Made by a program: the position numbers and the translations under genes. A stretch of 64,000 bases of DNA from the human T2T-CHM13v2.0 reference genome, Homo sapiens, in NCBI RefSeq assembly GCF_009914755.1, contig NC_060946.1; one strand, written 5' to 3'. Each line of letters begins with the position of its first letter. Position 1 is the first letter of the stretch. Of this stretch, positions 55,831-64,000 are shown piece by piece. Below the pieces are notes generated by a model that had not been told where the DNA came from, did not search any database, and saw only the letters and a program-made list of their open reading frames with translations.

Positions 55831-56310
55831 CAGTGCTTCTCAAACTTTCTGATCTCAGAACTCTTTATACTCATCAAAACTGAGGGACGATTTAAAAACC
55901 AGTTAATTCTGCTCATAGCTCAAATAGTTACATAAGTGCTTTTCCCTGAGAAAACCACTGCATTCAGTATGCAGCAGAAATGCTATACGTGTTTGTCACA
56001 CAGACATCGTGAAGACATGTATTAAGGATGGATTTAATATGGTGAGTACTTTTTACTGGCACTGGTTTTGAGCAGTGGGGGTGTGGCAGTGCAGAGCTCA
56101 GTAACCTCTCTAGTTCCACTGCCTTGACCTGGCTGTGGTGCTGGGGACTCTGCTCATCATTGCTCCTGTGCCACAAGTGCTGATGGCAACATAGAGAGCA
56201 GTGTGAGTAACTCTTTAAGAAGATTATTAAAACAGCTTTAACCTTGTGGACACCCTGAAAGGATCCTGGGGATCTCAGGTGTTTAAGGAGCACACTATCA
56301 GTAACTACCG
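55831..56310. mobile_element. hAT-Charlie1-like DNA transposon remnant
   Basis: Left end CAGTGCTTCTCAAACTTTCTGATCTCAGAACTCTTTATACTC and right end ACCCTGAAAGGATCCTGGGGATCTCAGG...CACACTATCAGTAACTACCG resemble Charlie1 termini (CAGTGGTTCTCAAA TIR). Confidence 0.7.
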
Positions 56311-56429
56311 TGCTACAAAAACTCAAGATTTTCAGCCTCATCAAGGCCCTCAACAGCTTCTGGAAAGCTTTGGTCAGTCCCCTCCTCTACTCTCAGATTT
56401 CACCCAACTTGCACGGCTTGAATCATGAC

Positions 56430-58082
<1,653 letters not shown>

Positions 58083-58119
58083 GGGGGGGGGTGGGGGGGA
58101 GAAAATAGAATTCCTTATC

Positions 58120-58600
58120 TTCCCTCACTCTCGGGATCACCTGCTGGTTGTGCCCACCAGCATCCACTGCCCCTCTAATCCATCCAACAGTGTTTGCTAT
58201 AGGGGAGCGCTCAGGCTTGCCCACGCTCCTGGGCTGTGCTGTGGGAATGGTGACACTCACTGGGCCATATTCACCTGAGTCCCCTTGGCCACAGTGACTG
58301 CTCAGGGATAGGCATGGCATCCAAGCTGAGCACAAAGAGGTGATGAGAGTCAGCCTAAGTCCTGGCTGCAGTGATCAGGTCAAGTGTCTTACTCTCATCA
58401 TGAAAAGAGAGGCTGACTGACAGACAGCCCAGAGCAAGGCAAAACTGGATGATAAAGAAGTCCAGATTCTAGACACAGTGTCTGTGCCCATCAATCCACA
58501 TGTGACTGAACTTTTCAGTTATCAGAGCCAATAAAGCTCTTTCTTGGGCCAGTAAGTTCTTGTTATGTGGAACTGTGGAACTGAAAAGACCTCAGACGGT
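58120..58600 (+). mobile_element. Old MLT1 (K/J-like) MaLR LTR
   Basis: CTCAGGGATAGGCATGGCATCCAAGCTG...GAACTTTTCAGTTATCAGAGCCAATAAAG...AACTGAAAAGACC. Confidence 0.55.
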
Positions 58601-58639
58601 TGACCCACCAAACCCGGCCTTCTGGTCTGTGTGAATGAC

Positions 58640-60150
58640 TCACCCACATTCCCTTGCTCCCCAAGCACCATCATTCAATGGTAACCACTGCTTATCTTTT
58701 CACATATGTTGTTGAATTCTTTTCTATGCATTTTCTTGTAGAAGGCTGAAATCATATTATGTATGACAAATGCTGTTTTATTTTCCCTTAGTAAATACTG
58801 TTCATTAGCATTTTCCCCCACTATCAAAACTTTGTAAAAAAAATCACTTTTAGCGGCCTTAAAATATTCCTTTAAGTAGATGTCTCATAATTTACTCAGC
58901 CATTTGATTAACATTTGGCACTTAGGTTGTTTCTAATGCCTAACAGGTGCCTTAAATTAAACACAGACTAAACCAAATTCTCAACTGCTGTCACCCAAAC
59001 TGCTCCTCCTATAGTTTTCCTCATCTCAGTATTTCCTGTAGACTGTGTGTTCTTGTCCTTTGCTCATTTATTTATACACTGTGGTCTTAGATTTGTCTCT
59101 GCTCTTTAGATACTAATAATATTAATAATGAATCTAAAGTTAACAATAATTCCTTAACTCTTTTAATTATCCTATGAGGTGGGAACTACAATTGTCTCAA
59201 TTTAGGGTTGAGGAAATCATGAAACAGCTTAAATAACTTGTCCAAAGTCAAAAATCCAAGTAGCAGAACCCTAGTTTGAACTCAGGAGGCGGACTCCAGA
59301 GCACCGGGTATAACCACTGTACTTTGCTGCCTTCTACAGAACAGTTAGGAGAAGGTCCAGTGTTACTCAATTTAGAACATTTTAGACCTATTGTCCACAC
59401 CTAATCTAATTTTATTTAGCTTTTAAACTTTTATATGTCTCTCTTTCCTTGATGTTTGTTTTAAAACATAGGAAGTCTTTCTCCATGCAGAGATCAGAAA
59501 AATACTGAATACTCTATTGTTAGTTTCTCATGATATAAATTTTAAATAAGTATCAATTCTTTTAGAATTCATTTTGATGTGTAATGATTTAAATTGATTT
59601 TCCTCCAAATAGCTATTCAACTAGCCCAGTACCATCTGCTGAATAATAATTTCTTCTCCCTCACTGAAGTCATTTGAGAGAATCGTAAGCTAAGACTCCT
59701 TTAAAGAAAAATCTACAATAGTGTCGGTTTAAGGGATACAGCAATCAAAAATTTCCAACAAACATGAAAAAATTTCAATCTCACTCTTAATTACAGAAAA
59801 ACAAATTAAATGCCACTCCCCCATTTGGTTGGCAGACCTAAAAGTTCAATACCCAGAATTGCTGGAACAAAAGACATGTGACAGAATTGCCAGACTGTCC
59901 TCTACAGAGACTCAACCAGTTTACACTCCACCAGCTCTCTCCGAAAACACCCTTTTCCCCACAGCCTTGACCACACAGTAGGGTGTCAAACTTTGATGTC
60001 TGCTACTCTGTTGAGGAGGGCGTTAAAAAAAAAAAAGAATTACTGACTTTTCAATGTTTGTATCTTGTATAATGAGTAAACATGAGTACCTTTTATATAT
60101 TTAAGAGCTGTTTCATCTTCCTTTTCTGTGAACTCTCATTAAAAATTCTA
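58640..60150. mobile_element. Degraded old L1 fragments with a MIR (-, ~59170-59332)
   Basis: CCTATGAGGTGGG...GAGGAAA...TTAAATAACTTGTCCAAAGTCA...TTTGAACTCAGG...GACTCCAGAGC (MIR); AT-rich L1ME-like flanks. Confidence 0.6.
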
Positions 60151-60213
60151 GCTTGTAAGTTTTTTAATCTCTTGAGTTCCCTGAGGTCTTCCATTCATTT
60201 CCTGACAAATCTA

Positions 60214-61397
<1,184 letters not shown>

Positions 61398-61399
61398 AT

Positions 61400-61746
61400 G
61401 GTAGAACTGTTGAAGTGATGTTCTGAGATTTGGTTCCAAGAGACCTTGCAGCATAGGCTCTTGCTCTTTTGGAATATTTCTGCCATCATGAGAAGCCACT
61501 GAGTCTAGTCTACTTTAGGATAAAGAGGCAACTGTAGGAAGGACCAACTGTTAAGACGTTAAACCACCACAATTGAGGGATGGGGAAGGGAGCCAGCAGA
61601 TGACTGCAGTGCATGGCTGAACCCAGGTGGGCTCAGCAGAACTACCCAGCTGTGCCAGCCCAATGGACTCATGAACAAATGCATGGCTGTTATTTCAAGC
61701 CTGAGTTTTGGAGTGTTTTTTTAATGCAGCAATAGGTAACTGATGT
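61400..61746 (+). mobile_element. MLT1F/H-like MaLR LTR fragment
   Basis: GCAGATGACTGCAG...CAGCAGAACTACCCAGCTG...GGCTGTTATTTCAAGCC...TTTTGGAGTG...GCAGCAATAGGTAACTGAT. Confidence 0.7.
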
Positions 61747-61823
61747 AAACTTTAATGTCCAATGTGAGTCTGGCTGAAGGACACTTATGGGTCACATCCC
61801 TACAAGGGAACACCATGTAGTCA

Positions 61824-64000
<2,177 letters not shown>

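Overview
Human (primate) genomic DNA. The ERK2 C-terminal coding exons identify it as the YPEL1-MAPK1 interval at 22q11.2. MAPK1 lies on the minus strand, entering from the right edge within intron 6. Coding exon 7 is at 52354-52463. Exon 8, which carries the stop codon, is at 48686-48811. A wholly non-coding terminal exon 9 runs 43732 to ~39148. An alternative intronic poly(A) site near 48521 and several tandem poly(A) signals are visible. A CpG island (~14960-16100) holds a minus-strand non-coding first exon with a consensus donor at 15095. It is assigned to YPEL1 by known gene order only, since no YPEL1 coding sequence is in the window. Positions 1-15095 are therefore YPEL1 intron 1, which also contains a 7SL RNA pseudogene (2384-2665). 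By eye roughly a third or more of the window is Alu, with old L1, L2, MIR, MaLR LTR and hAT-Charlie fragments between. Almost all ORFs in the supplied track are Alu or L1 translations or GC-rich chance ORFs. I find no convincing new gene or novel multi-gene system. The most interesting signals are regulatory: a sense-oriented MST LTR poly(A) signal 5 kb past the main MAPK1 end that could define an extended 3'UTR containing inverted Alus; the exon 8/exon 9 last-exon switch, with a YGCY cluster at the exon 9 acceptor; paired RFX X-boxes upstream of YPEL1; uORFs in YPEL1 exon 1; and several serially reused or nested retrotransposon insertion sites. Repeat boundaries and subfamilies were read by eye and are approximate.
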